A program made the translations under genes and the position numbers. Positions 9,793 through 19,399 of a stretch of DNA of 64,000 bases are shown piece after piece; position 1 is the stretch's first letter, and each line of letters opens with the position of its first letter. The notes below the pieces were generated by a model. That model saw only the letters and a list, made by a program, of their open reading frames with translations, was not told where the DNA came from and searched no databases. This DNA is from a virus. The stretch spans positions 21,102 to 85,101 of IMG/VR virus record IMGVR_UViG_3300036859_000973; one strand, given 5' to 3'.

Positions 9793-10614
9793 ATGGTCGC
9801 CGCGCTCTCCGAGGAGAGGCAACTGGCCATCTGCGGTGCCTACCTTGGGGGTTTCGGGGCCGCGAGGGCTGGTGCCCTCGTCGGGGCTTCAAAGTGCGCA
9901 GCCGAGGGCGCGATCAGGAGACACGGAATCTCCATGCGCACGGCGGAACAGGCGTCACGAAGGTACGATCTCGACGAGCACTTCTTCGACTCCATCGACA
10001 CGGAGGAGAAGGCGTACTGGCTTGGCTTCGTCGTGGCCGACGGGTACATCACGCCTGCCGGCTCGATCAAGCTGGGGTTGCAGGAGAGAGACAGGAGTCA
10101 CATCGAGAAGTTCCGTGCCGCGCTGAAGAGCGACATGTCGATCAGATCGTACAACTACGGCGACCCCTATGCCATAATGGAGGTGCGGAGCAAGACGATG
10201 TTCGCTGCGTTGCAGCGTCTTGGTGTCGCGTGCCTGAAACCGAAGAGGGCGGTTCCGGATGTCCGGGAGGACTTGCTCCGTCACTACTGGCGCGGGGCGT
10301 TCGATGCCGATGGAACCCTCACGAACTATCCGAAGTGCAGCCGATACAAGGACACGATCTACGTCTATGATTCATGGGGGGCTCAATTCACAGGAAACTT
10401 GAGTGCTGTTATGGCGTTTGAGAGGTTCGTAGGGGAAAATACTGGATTGAGAGCGCACGTTGGAAGCTACAAGGACGGGAGCAACAGGGCCACTTATGGC
10501 AACAAAGGCGCTTCAATTGTGGCTTCATTGTTGTATAACGGATGCAATTATTTCCTCGATAGGAAGAAGGTGCTTGCTGAGAGGATTTCTCTTTGTTTCT
10601 CGGAGGAATCCTGA
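9793..10614 (+). CDS. Free-standing LAGLIDADG homing endonuclease with N-terminal HTH
   Basis: FFDSIDTEEKAYWLGFVVADGYI and RHYWRGAFDADG; lower GC than flanks. Confidence 0.88.
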   Translation: MVAALSEERQLAICGAYLGGFGAARAGALVGASKCAAEGAIRRHGISMRTAEQASRRYDLDEHFFDSIDTEEKAYWLGFVVADGYITPAGSIKLGLQERDRSHIEKFRAALKSDMSIRSYNYGDPYAIMEVRSKTMFAALQRLGVACLKPKRAVPDVREDLLRHYWRGAFDADGTLTNYPKCSRYKDTIYVYDSWGAQFTGNLSAVMAFERFVGENTGLRAHVGSYKDGSNRATYGNKGASIVASLLYNGCNYFLDRKKVLAERISLCFSEES

Positions 10615-12674
10615 TGGTCATCTTCGCTGGCGCTGGAGCATTGAGGACATTAGTGCTTGCATTGAGACTTGACGATGGGGGCCTCACGCGCGACCTCCGT
10701 CGCAGCGGCGCAGGCGTCAGCCTCTTCACGCGCGGCGTCGGCAACGCGGACCGTTCCCTCTTCGCGCTCCAGACCCAGCTTGCGATCACGGCCGTCACGG
10801 CGGGCGTCTTCACGGCCGCGATGGGCTCCGCCTTCGCGAGCTTCGAGCGCGAGATCACGCTGGGCGCCATCGCCGACGGCGCGGAGGGAGCCGCCGACCG
10901 GTTCAAGACGCTCTCGGCCGAGGCGTTGACGCTGAGCCGCCGCTTCGCCCGCAGCCCGCAGGACATGGCGGTGCTGATCCGCAGCATCCAGGAACTCGGC
11001 ATCTCGACCGACGCTTCCGCCGACTCGCTGGCCCGCGCCGCGATCCAGCTTGGCCTGATCGGCGGCGTCCCGGCCGACGAGGCCGCCAAGACCATCTTCC
11101 GTCTCACGCGCCTCACGACGCGCGCGGGCGAGAGCTTCGAGGACAACCTCACGCAGGGCGCCGAGGGCACGGCCAACGCCATCCTGCGCGTCGGCCAGCA
11201 GACGGCCGCTGGAACGCGCGGCCTTGAGGACTTCCTCCGCAAGTTCGCCACCATCGGCCTTGCTTCCCGTTTCTCGCGTGCCGAGGTCATCGCGCTCGCC
11301 GGCGCCTTCGCCGACCTCGACGAGAGCACCCGCGAGGTCTCGACGAGCTTCATCCAGACGCTCTTCGGCAGCGACATCCCCGAGCGGGCGCGCGCCATCG
11401 CAGAGGCGATCGGCGAGCCCGTCGAGAAGCTCGAAGACCTGCGCCGCGATCGCCCCTTCGAGCTTCTGCTCCGTCTCGCGCAGCACTTCCGCCGCGTCGA
11501 GGCATCCGGGGGCAACCTGGCCCAGGAGTTCCGCCGCCTCGGCATCGACCAGGTCCGCTACATCCGGCAGGCCACCGCGCTCACGGCGCAGGTCGAGATC
11601 CTGCCGCGCTTGCTCGAAACCGCCAGCGAGGCCACGAAGGACTCCAGCGAGTTGAACAACCAGGCCGCGATCGTCCTCGACACGACGGCGGAGCGCTGGA
11701 ACGCGCTCAAGGCGTCCGTGCAGCGCTTCGCCATCGCGGCCGGCGGGACCCTGAAGCCGCTCCTCGTGACGCTCACGGGCCTCCTGACGGGCCTGGCGGA
11801 CGCGCTGGAGCGGAACCGCGCCCTTGCGGCCGCCTTCGCGTTCGGCACGCTGGCCGTCACGATCCGGTCCCTCAGAGGCCTCATCGCCACGATGGGCGGA
11901 GCGAGCGGCCTCCTGGGCTTCGCCGGCCTCGGTGGAGTGGCGGGCGGCTTCCGTGCCGGCAGGCTCGCCGTGGGGGCTGGCGGTCTTGGCCGCACGGCCC
12001 TGGGCTTCTCCGCGCTCGACCGCGCCCTCCTCGCTGGAGGGGCGGCCGGAGGCCTCGCACAGCCCGCCGGGCGGCTCGCGGGGCTCGGTGGCGGCCTCCT
12101 TGGCGCCCTCGTGCCTGGCGGTGCTGGCATCGCCGGGCGCCTCGCCACCTCCTCGCTCGGCCGCTTCGCCCTCATGGCCGGGCCCATCGGCCTCGCAGTG
12201 GGGCTCCTCGCGCTCCTGGGCCCGATGTTCGCCAGCCTCGGCCGCGCGCTCGCGGACGCAGGCAAGGCAGGCGGCCTCGCGGGCATCGCGTTCAAGACCC
12301 TCGCCATCATCATGAAGATCATCGAGACCGGCGCCAACCTCCTGAACAAGGCGTTCTCGCTCCTGCTCGACGCCATCAAGTTCGGGCTCAAGATCGTCGG
12401 CGACATCATCGGCGTGGACATCGTCGGCTCCATCAACGCGGGTCTCGACCAGATCATCGGCGGCCTCGACACGTTCAACGCGGGCATCGCCGGCACGCCA
12501 GCGCCCGAGGCCGGCGCTGCCGCTGCGGCTGCGCCCGCGGCGCAGACGAACCTCTACACGAGCATCAACCTCAACGAGGGCGGCGACGTGGCCTCGCGCA
12601 CAGTGCGCGACGTCGCAGCGTCGCACGCCTTCGGGCTGAACCGGCGCAGCCGGGTGGTGGTGGCCAGTGGCTAG
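10614..12674 (+). CDS. Tail tape measure protein
   Basis: GGAGGA RBS, TGATG overlap; helical Ala/Gly/Leu-rich protein with hydrophobic C-terminal third. Confidence 0.88.
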   Translation: MVIFAGAGALRTLVLALRLDDGGLTRDLRRSGAGVSLFTRGVGNADRSLFALQTQLAITAVTAGVFTAAMGSAFASFEREITLGAIADGAEGAADRFKTLSAEALTLSRRFARSPQDMAVLIRSIQELGISTDASADSLARAAIQLGLIGGVPADEAAKTIFRLTRLTTRAGESFEDNLTQGAEGTANAILRVGQQTAAGTRGLEDFLRKFATIGLASRFSRAEVIALAGAFADLDESTREVSTSFIQTLFGSDIPERARAIAEAIGEPVEKLEDLRRDRPFELLLRLAQHFRRVEASGGNLAQEFRRLGIDQVRYIRQATALTAQVEILPRLLETASEATKDSSELNNQAAIVLDTTAERWNALKASVQRFAIAAGGTLKPLLVTLTGLLTGLADALERNRALAAAFAFGTLAVTIRSLRGLIATMGGASGLLGFAGLGGVAGGFRAGRLAVGAGGLGRTALGFSALDRALLAGGAAGGLAQPAGRLAGLGGGLLGALVPGGAGIAGRLATSSLGRFALMAGPIGLAVGLLALLGPMFASLGRALADAGKAGGLAGIAFKTLAIIMKIIETGANLLNKAFSLLLDAIKFGLKIVGDIIGVDIVGSINAGLDQIIGGLDTFNAGIAGTPAPEAGAAAAAAPAAQTNLYTSINLNEGGDVASRTVRDVAASHAFGLNRRSRVVVASG

Positions 12675-13494
12675 TCCCAAGGTGTTCTTCGCGGACCGCG
12701 AGACGGACGCCATCCACACCTTCGACCTGTGGAAGCAATCCGACTTCGAGGACCCTCTGGAGATCAGTGACCGTCCGGTCCAGGGAGCCGTTGCCCAGTT
12801 CCCGAGTGGCGAGTTCGGCCGCGCCCTCCCACCCACGCTGCGCCTCGACGTCCAGTTGGCCAAGATCACCACGTCCGGATCGGGCCGGAACGACTTCTTC
12901 CAGTCCGATCCCGTGCGTGGCCAGTTCCACCGCCTGCGCCAGTTGAAGGGGCGCCTCGTGGAGGTCACGACGCGCTACGTCGCGATGACTGGCGTCGTGG
13001 TGAACGTCCGTCTCGCTGATGACGGCAAGTACGACGAGTACGCCGTGGCCACCGTCGAGGTGCGCGCCCTCGGCTTCGCCGGCGATGGGGGCGTCGAGCT
13101 TGGCACGGTAGTCGTGCCACGCGCGGCCACCGATCCTGGTGTTGATCCCACCTTTGGCCCATTCATCACGCCAGAGCAACTCGAACAGCTTCGTGGGGCC
13201 ATGCCAGGCACGGGCCCGCACGACTGCTCGCGCCTGGAAACTGGCTTCGTCGCGGACACGTCCATGCTCGTCACCGACCACCTCTTCGGATTTGCCGGTC
13301 TGAAAGATCTTGCCCCCGTCTTCGAGGCCGCAGGGGCGGCAGCCGGCCCCTTCTTCATCGGCGGGGACGCCATTAACAGCCAAATCGACCAGGCGCTCGT
13401 GACGGCCGTGAGGTTTGCGGGCGAGACGTTCTTCTCGTTGCCAGAGGCGCTGACTGCCGCACTTCCGCATACCGAATACGGGGAGTGCAAGTGA
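12667..13494 (+). CDS. Baseplate/tube initiator (Dit-like) protein
   Basis: Follows TMP; EISDRPVQG motif near N-terminus. Confidence 0.6.
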   Translation: MASPKVFFADRETDAIHTFDLWKQSDFEDPLEISDRPVQGAVAQFPSGEFGRALPPTLRLDVQLAKITTSGSGRNDFFQSDPVRGQFHRLRQLKGRLVEVTTRYVAMTGVVVNVRLADDGKYDEYAVATVEVRALGFAGDGGVELGTVVVPRAATDPGVDPTFGPFITPEQLEQLRGAMPGTGPHDCSRLETGFVADTSMLVTDHLFGFAGLKDLAPVFEAAGAAAGPFFIGGDAINSQIDQALVTAVRFAGETFFSLPEALTAALPHTEYGECK

Positions 13495-13495
13495 G

Positions 13496-13870
13496 ATGGC
13501 TTACGGCTTCGTCGTGAAGGGGAGTGCCCGCGTTATCCCGGCGGTCAAGATCGTGCGGCGGTCCACCGACTTCGCTGCGATCGTCCGCATCGCCGGCACG
13601 AGCTATCAATTCCTGTTCTCGTGGAACGGCCTTCACGGCTACTACTCGATGAAGATCGTGCGCGACGACAATCGCGTTCTCCTCCAGCGCTGGCCCGAGA
13701 CCGGCGAGTTCACCGACCCGATCAGGAACTTCAGTCTCAAGAATCCAGAGATGCCGGACGCGAGGATCGCCATCCTCGACACGACGGGCGAGAACGCGGC
13801 GCTGTCGCCAGCGAACTTCGGCGACACGCACTTCGTCGCCATCATGCTCGGTCGGGTGGTGCCGCTCTGA
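13496..13870 (+). CDS. Small baseplate (plug-like) protein
   Basis: YQFLFSWN..HGYYSMKI pattern; synteny. Confidence 0.6.
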   Translation: MAYGFVVKGSARVIPAVKIVRRSTDFAAIVRIAGTSYQFLFSWNGLHGYYSMKIVRDDNRVLLQRWPETGEFTDPIRNFSLKNPEMPDARIAILDTTGENAALSPANFGDTHFVAIMLGRVVPL

Positions 13871-14898
13871 CAAGGTTCTTCCAGCCGGTGGCGATCCTCA
13901 AGATCCAGCGGGCGTTCCAATCTACCTCGACGCGCGGCTTCGACGTCCCGCCGCTCGACGCCGAGATTGCCTACGTCTTCAACTGGCCCGCGCTCAGCTT
14001 CCAGGCCGTCGTCGATCAAGCAGCGTCCCGTGACGGCTTTGTCAAGAGCCTCGTCGCCGACATCTCGAACATCGACCCGGAGCTTGTGTGGAACCTCCGC
14101 GGCGGCGGCATCGTCGAACTCCACGCCGGCTACGAGGATGCCATCTCCGCCGACGAGCGCAGTCCCCCAACGGTGCGCCCGATCTTCGCGGGGATACTCG
14201 ACCTCGCGTACAACGTCGGCGAGGGGGGATCGAACATCCTCCACATCGAGGCTTCGAGCGCCGCGTCAAGATCGGAAGACGGTGTCTTCCCAGTCCACGT
14301 CCGTGCCGAGACCACGACGATCGGCGAGGCGATCCGCCTCCTGGCGCAGGCTGTCGGCGGGACGGCCATCCTGCCGCGGAGCGCGACGGGCGACGATCCC
14401 GACATCCCTGGGAACAAAGACCGCGTGCGGCTCAAGCCGCCGTACACCGCGACGCAGCCGGTCCGGCGCGAGATCGAACTCCTCGTCAGCGAGCTTACTA
14501 CCGCGACGGGGCTCGAACACACGCTCGTCATCTCCGACGAGGCTCCGTTCACCTACGTCATCGTCAACGAGCACGACCCCGGCGAGGAGATCGAGATCGA
14601 CATCGGCGAGGAGGGCGACACCATCACGCACGCCTCGCCCATGATCGTGCGCGGCGAGCCCGAGGGATTCCAGGGCCTCGGCGACGTGATCTCGGTCGGC
14701 GAGCTTGAGGAGCAGATGGCGACGCTCGGCTTCGACATCGACGGGGCCTTCGATCCGCGCTACGCCGTGGGGCTACGCATCACCGTCAACCGGAACCGCG
14801 TCCCGCAGGGCAGGATGCTCGTCGCGGAGCTTCGCAGCCAGGTCGGCGACCACTGGAGTTCCCACCTCACGGGGCCCTTCACGGAGGACATCGAATGA
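13867..14898 (+). CDS. Baseplate hub protein (start CTG 13867 or GTG 13888)
   Basis: ISNID, VELHAGYE, IFAGIL motifs of myovirus hubs. Confidence 0.75.
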   Translation: MTRFFQPVAILKIQRAFQSTSTRGFDVPPLDAEIAYVFNWPALSFQAVVDQAASRDGFVKSLVADISNIDPELVWNLRGGGIVELHAGYEDAISADERSPPTVRPIFAGILDLAYNVGEGGSNILHIEASSAASRSEDGVFPVHVRAETTTIGEAIRLLAQAVGGTAILPRSATGDDPDIPGNKDRVRLKPPYTATQPVRREIELLVSELTTATGLEHTLVISDEAPFTYVIVNEHDPGEEIEIDIGEEGDTITHASPMIVRGEPEGFQGLGDVISVGELEEQMATLGFDIDGAFDPRYAVGLRITVNRNRVPQGRMLVAELRSQVGDHWSSHLTGPFTEDIE

Positions 14899-15563
14899 GG
14901 GGCTTCAAGGGCTTCCTCGGCCAGCGCCACGGCGACGTGCAGAACCGCGCCGCAGACGCGCTGAACTTCCGCGCCGCGATCCGGCGCGCCTGCGACGGCC
15001 TGCGCACGACGGAGCCGGCCGTCGTCCAGAGCTACGATGCGGCGCGGCAGCGCGTGAACGTCCGCCTGAAGAACTTCCCCTCCGCGCTCGCCATCGAGGA
15101 CGTGCCGATCCTGCGCGCCGGCGGGAGGTTCCGCGTCATCACGCCCCTCGCCGCTGGCGAGGTTGGCGCGCTCGTCTTCTCGGGCACCGACAGCCGCGGC
15201 AGCTATGCCACGGCCCTCGTCACGAAGGCCATCACGACCTTGTGCCACACGGGGCGCGGCTGCGTGTTCATCCCCGGCGCGATGCTCTCCGAGGACGCGA
15301 CCCCCACCATCTTCGACGCTGCGGCGACGTCGGAGCAGGCCGACAAGCTCGGGCCCGACGACGGAGGCATCTTCGATACGCTCACGGGAAGCTTCCTGAT
15401 GTTCAAGAGCAACGGCGACGTCGTGCTGAAGTGCGCCAAGTTCTACGTCGGAGGCGTCGCCGACGACGTTGTGGACTTCAAGGCGGCCGCGCGCACGGGT
15501 GACGCGGTCGCGGGGGCCGGCGCCATCACGGGCGGGTCGGCCGTCGTATTTATCGGAGACTGA
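14895..15563 (+). CDS. Baseplate central spike (gp138/gpV-like) with PAAR-like C-terminus
   Basis: PAVVQSYDA...DVPI...PLAAGEVGALVFS OB-fold; ends AARTGDAV..GAITGGSAVVFIG. Confidence 0.82.
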   Translation: MRGFKGFLGQRHGDVQNRAADALNFRAAIRRACDGLRTTEPAVVQSYDAARQRVNVRLKNFPSALAIEDVPILRAGGRFRVITPLAAGEVGALVFSGTDSRGSYATALVTKAITTLCHTGRGCVFIPGAMLSEDATPTIFDAAATSEQADKLGPDDGGIFDTLTGSFLMFKSNGDVVLKCAKFYVGGVADDVVDFKAAARTGDAVAGAGAITGGSAVVFIGD

Positions 15564-15569
15564 GAATCC

Positions 15570-16052
15570 ATGGCTGGAACGACCTACGGCGAGTGCTTCG
15601 AGGTGGACAAGGACGGCGACGCCGTCTTCGACTTCTTCCGCGGCCCGCCGCTGAGCGACGTGCTGGGCGCCGTGGGCGAGGGCGCCCTCGGCGAGAGTGT
15701 CCTCGACGTCTCGCTCGGGCCCGAGGTTCCGACCGGCTTCGCCATCGTCGAGGACGTCGAGGCCGTCGCCCAGGCGATCCGCCTCCGTCTCCAGACGCGG
15801 CGCGGCGAGGACCCCTTCGCCCCGGAGGTCGGGCTTCCGGTGCGCCAGATGGTGGGCAAGCTCGACCAGGACTTCATCGCTGGCCAGGTTCGCCGCGTGG
15901 TGCTCGCCGATCTGCGTGTCTCCGACGTCCAGAACGTCGAGACGGTCTTCGGCAACGACACGGACCGCGCCAACCGCGTCGTCACAGTCAGTTTCGATGT
16001 CCTTTTGAAGGACGGTAGGACGTTCACCCTCGTCGAAGCGTTGAGCGTCTGA
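15570..16052 (+). CDS. Baseplate wedge / sheath initiator (gp25-like)
   Basis: AQAIRLRLQTRRGEDPFAPEVG...DLRVSDV motif. Confidence 0.82.
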   Translation: MAGTTYGECFEVDKDGDAVFDFFRGPPLSDVLGAVGEGALGESVLDVSLGPEVPTGFAIVEDVEAVAQAIRLRLQTRRGEDPFAPEVGLPVRQMVGKLDQDFIAGQVRRVVLADLRVSDVQNVETVFGNDTDRANRVVTVSFDVLLKDGRTFTLVEALSV

Positions 16053-16059
16053 GGTGTCC

Positions 16060-16815
16060 ATGTCCTCGAACTTTCCAGGGTCGGCGGACGCCTATGGCGC
16101 CTCGGGCCTCCACAAGGTCAACTTCCTCGGGATCAGCGAGTTGACGACGGCGATCACCAGCGGTTCGACGACGTTCACCGTCGCGAGCGCCTCAACGGGG
16201 ACGACGTGGCCAGCCGACAACTTCGCCGTGCGCATCGGTGACGAGGACATCTTCGTCTCCTCGCGCACGGGGGCTGTCTGCACGATCGGGGCCCGCGCGC
16301 ACGACAACACGGCGCAGGCCGACCACGCGATCGGCGACGACGTCCGCGTGGTGATGGACTCCGACGCGCTCATGAAGATGAGCGACGCGATCATCGCGAT
16401 CGAGACGTACCTCCTCTCGGGCGGTACTGGTCTCAACGCGGCGGACAACGAGACGATCACGGGCGCGTGGACCTTCGACAACACCCTCACCATGGCCAAC
16501 GGCCGCAACATCGTCGTCGGCACGTCCACCGGCACGAAGATCGGTACGGCGACCGGCCAGAAGCTCGGGTTCTTCAATGCCGCCCCCGTCATCCAGCGCT
16601 CCGATTTCGGGGCCCTCACGGACAGCACCGGCCAGACACCCGACAACACCATCGAGAACGTGCCCGACCCGGCGGACACACCGGCAGACGCCGATGCGCT
16701 GCGCGACGACCTGGTGGCGAACACGCTGCCGGCCATCGAGCGGAACCTGAGCGACCTCGCCGACCAGATCAACGCGATCCGCACGGTCCTGCGCGACCTC
16801 GGATTTGTCGCCTGA
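16060..16815 (+). CDS. Fibre-like structural protein
   Basis: GTKIGTATGQKLGFFNAAPV and LADQINAIRTVLRDLG motifs seen in head/tail fibres. Confidence 0.6.
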   Translation: MSSNFPGSADAYGASGLHKVNFLGISELTTAITSGSTTFTVASASTGTTWPADNFAVRIGDEDIFVSSRTGAVCTIGARAHDNTAQADHAIGDDVRVVMDSDALMKMSDAIIAIETYLLSGGTGLNAADNETITGAWTFDNTLTMANGRNIVVGTSTGTKIGTATGQKLGFFNAAPVIQRSDFGALTDSTGQTPDNTIENVPDPADTPADADALRDDLVANTLPAIERNLSDLADQINAIRTVLRDLGFVA

Positions 16816-16825
16816 GCGTGATTCC

Positions 16826-17287
16826 ATGGAAGCAACCCAAGAGCCTCCCAAGGCGGCCCCTGAGACCGCCTCGAAGTCCCTGACTCCCGACGGCGTCGCT
16901 GCCCTCCTCGAAGAGGAGAAGGCGCTGCTCGGCCGGCTCAACGTCGAGAACGTTCAGAAGATTGAACTCCTCAACGCCATGCGCGACGCCGGCAACGTGG
17001 AGATGACCAAACTCGACGGCGAGCGCGAGCGTCTTGAAGCCGAGCTTGAGGACGCCGTCGCCATGGAGGGCGTCGTCCCGCAGCAGGTCGTGGATGAGCA
17101 GCGGCGCCGCGTGAAGGCAGCCATCGAGGCGCACGCCAAGAAGGTCGAGGAGGTGCGCGAGGGCTGGAACAAGCGCATCACCGAGGCCATCGAGGACAGC
17201 AACGCCCACCGCAAGAAGATCCGCGAGTGCATCGGCCGCGTCCGGAACAAGGAGAACATCTACAAGATCATGGCCAAGAACAAGTGA
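16826..17287 (+). CDS. Coiled-coil hypothetical protein
   Basis: E/K/R-rich heptads; inside the structural operon. Confidence 0.65.
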   Translation: MEATQEPPKAAPETASKSLTPDGVAALLEEEKALLGRLNVENVQKIELLNAMRDAGNVEMTKLDGERERLEAELEDAVAMEGVVPQQVVDEQRRRVKAAIEAHAKKVEEVREGWNKRITEAIEDSNAHRKKIRECIGRVRNKENIYKIMAKNK

Positions 17288-17294
17288 GCCCCTC

Positions 17295-19397
17295 ATGCCC
17301 TTTGACGCGAGCGGATTCTGGGTCAAGCGCGGCGTCACGGACATCCTCCAGGCGATCAAGGACGCGCTGCGCGCCAAGCTCGGTCCGAACTTCGATCTCA
17401 CCGATGGCAGCCCTGCCTTGAAGTGGCTCCAGGCCTGGGGCGCCATGCCCCTGGCCGAGGTCGAGAACGACATGGACGACATCGTCCGCGAGGGCCGCTG
17501 GGCCGACTCGCGGAATCCGTGGGACATCTCCTTCATGTTCCCGCGGAAAGCCGCGGCGCGCGCCACGGGCGACGTCGGGATCAGCTTCAAGACCGTCCAG
17601 TCGTCGCCGGACCCGTACTTCGCGTCGGGCACGCTCACCTTCATCGACACCGCGGATCGCAGCTACGACCTGATCGACGACGTGGACCTGCCGACGAAGG
17701 CCCTCGACATCAACGAGACGGCCTCGTCCTCGGAGACCATCGACGGCACGACGACGCGCATCGCGCAGAAGTTCACGACCGCGGCGCGCGAGTTCCTCCA
17801 GGCCTTCGGCGTCAAGGTCACGGGCACGATCACGCTCACGGTGCGGATCGAGACGGACGTCGGCGGCGAGCCGAGCGGCACGCTGGCCCACGCCAACCTG
17901 GAGCGCACCGGCTGGTCGCCGACGTCCGGGAGCTTCGCGACCGAGGTCTTCACCAACGGGGCCTTCATCGACGATGGCATCTACTGGATCGTCTTCACGC
18001 GCACCGCCGGGTCCGGCACCTTCGATGGCGGGACGGGCGGCACAGCCAACCAGGTCAAGAAGTTCGCCTCGGGCGCGTGGTCGAACTCCTCGAACGTCGA
18101 GAACCTCAACATCGAGGTGATCCGCGGGGGCATCGCTAGCGTGCGTGCGCAGGTGGCTGGCGCGGCTGGCAACATCGACCCCGACTCGATCGACGACGTC
18201 TCGTTCCCAGGCGGCGCCACCATCGGCGAGCGCTGGGCCACGAACGTCGGGGAGTTCGGCAACCAGGACGCCTTCGACGGTGGCCAGGACGAGGAGACCA
18301 TCGCCCTCTACCGCACGCGCGTCCGCAACCGCCTCCACGCCAACCCGGAGTGCAGCCTCGATGGCCTCATCGCGGCCGTGGACGACGGCGTGGATGGCGT
18401 CGAGAGCGTCAGTGGCCAGGAGAACACCGACGACACCGGCAGCACGATCAACAAGGTCTTCGACAGCAACCAGACCGGCACGGCCTCGGAGACCATCGAT
18501 GGGACGACCACGAAGATTGCCCAGAAGTTCGTCACCACCGAGGAGCGCTTCGTCCAGCACGCCAACGCGAAGCTCGCGTCGGACACCTCCCTCATCTGCA
18601 AGGTACGCATCGAGACCGATACCGCAGGCAGCCCCTCCGGGGCGCTGGCCAACGCCTACTTCGAGAAGACGAACTTCGACTTCGATGGCACGAACCTCTC
18701 GACGGTCACGTTCGACAACGGCGCCTACCTTCCGGCCGGCACCTACTGGCTCGTCTTCGAGCGCACTAGTGGCAGCGGCACCTTCGATGGTGGCACCGGT
18801 GGAACGGCCGACCAGGTGAAGAACAACGACGGGACGTGGGCCCTCGACGCCAACGTCGAGAACCTCAACTCCGAGGTCCTCGGAGGCATCCCGCCCCACG
18901 GCGCGCGCATCTACGTCGATGGGGGCGACGCCGATGCCATCGCCCAGGAGCTATGGGAGTCGCACAGCACTGGCACCACGCTGGACGGCGTGGACTCCGG
19001 CACGGCCAAGGACCGCAACAACGCCGACCAGACGGTGCGCTTCGAGCGGCCGACCATCGTCCCGATCTACATCGACATCACCATCACGAAGACCGACGAC
19101 TTCTCCGGCGACGAGGACACGATCCGCGACGAGATCGTGGACTACATCGGCGGCCTCGACACGGGTGGGACCAGCCATCCAGGCCTCGCCGTGGACTTCG
19201 ACGTCATCCGGAACAAGCTCATCACGCGCGTCCTGTCGCTGACGGGCCTCGTGAACATCACGAGCCTCAAGCTCGACACCGTGGACCCGCCCGTTGCCAC
19301 CACGGGCGACATCGGCATCGCCGTGGGCGAGAAGGCCAAGATCGAGGACATCGCCGCCGACGTGGACGTGACCTTGGTTCTGGCGAGCGGGGTGTAG
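17295..19397 (+). CDS. Baseplate J-like wedge protein with two inserted duplicated domains
   Basis: RKAAARATG, AQVAGAAGNI, DGGQDEET..YRTR, IPPHG..IYVDGG, VRFERPT motifs. Confidence 0.9.
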   Translation: MPFDASGFWVKRGVTDILQAIKDALRAKLGPNFDLTDGSPALKWLQAWGAMPLAEVENDMDDIVREGRWADSRNPWDISFMFPRKAAARATGDVGISFKTVQSSPDPYFASGTLTFIDTADRSYDLIDDVDLPTKALDINETASSSETIDGTTTRIAQKFTTAAREFLQAFGVKVTGTITLTVRIETDVGGEPSGTLAHANLERTGWSPTSGSFATEVFTNGAFIDDGIYWIVFTRTAGSGTFDGGTGGTANQVKKFASGAWSNSSNVENLNIEVIRGGIASVRAQVAGAAGNIDPDSIDDVSFPGGATIGERWATNVGEFGNQDAFDGGQDEETIALYRTRVRNRLHANPECSLDGLIAAVDDGVDGVESVSGQENTDDTGSTINKVFDSNQTGTASETIDGTTTKIAQKFVTTEERFVQHANAKLASDTSLICKVRIETDTAGSPSGALANAYFEKTNFDFDGTNLSTVTFDNGAYLPAGTYWLVFERTSGSGTFDGGTGGTADQVKNNDGTWALDANVENLNSEVLGGIPPHGARIYVDGGDADAIAQELWESHSTGTTLDGVDSGTAKDRNNADQTVRFERPTIVPIYIDITITKTDDFSGDEDTIRDEIVDYIGGLDTGGTSHPGLAVDFDVIRNKLITRVLSLTGLVNITSLKLDTVDPPVATTGDIGIAVGEKAKIEDIAADVDVTLVLASGV

Positions 19398-19399
19398 GG

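Noticed and set aside
10650-12968. Long antisense ORFs (772 aa here; also 6701-8608, 27424-29415, 30734-32371)
   Set aside because: Shadows of real genes caused by high GC3; no motifs or RBS
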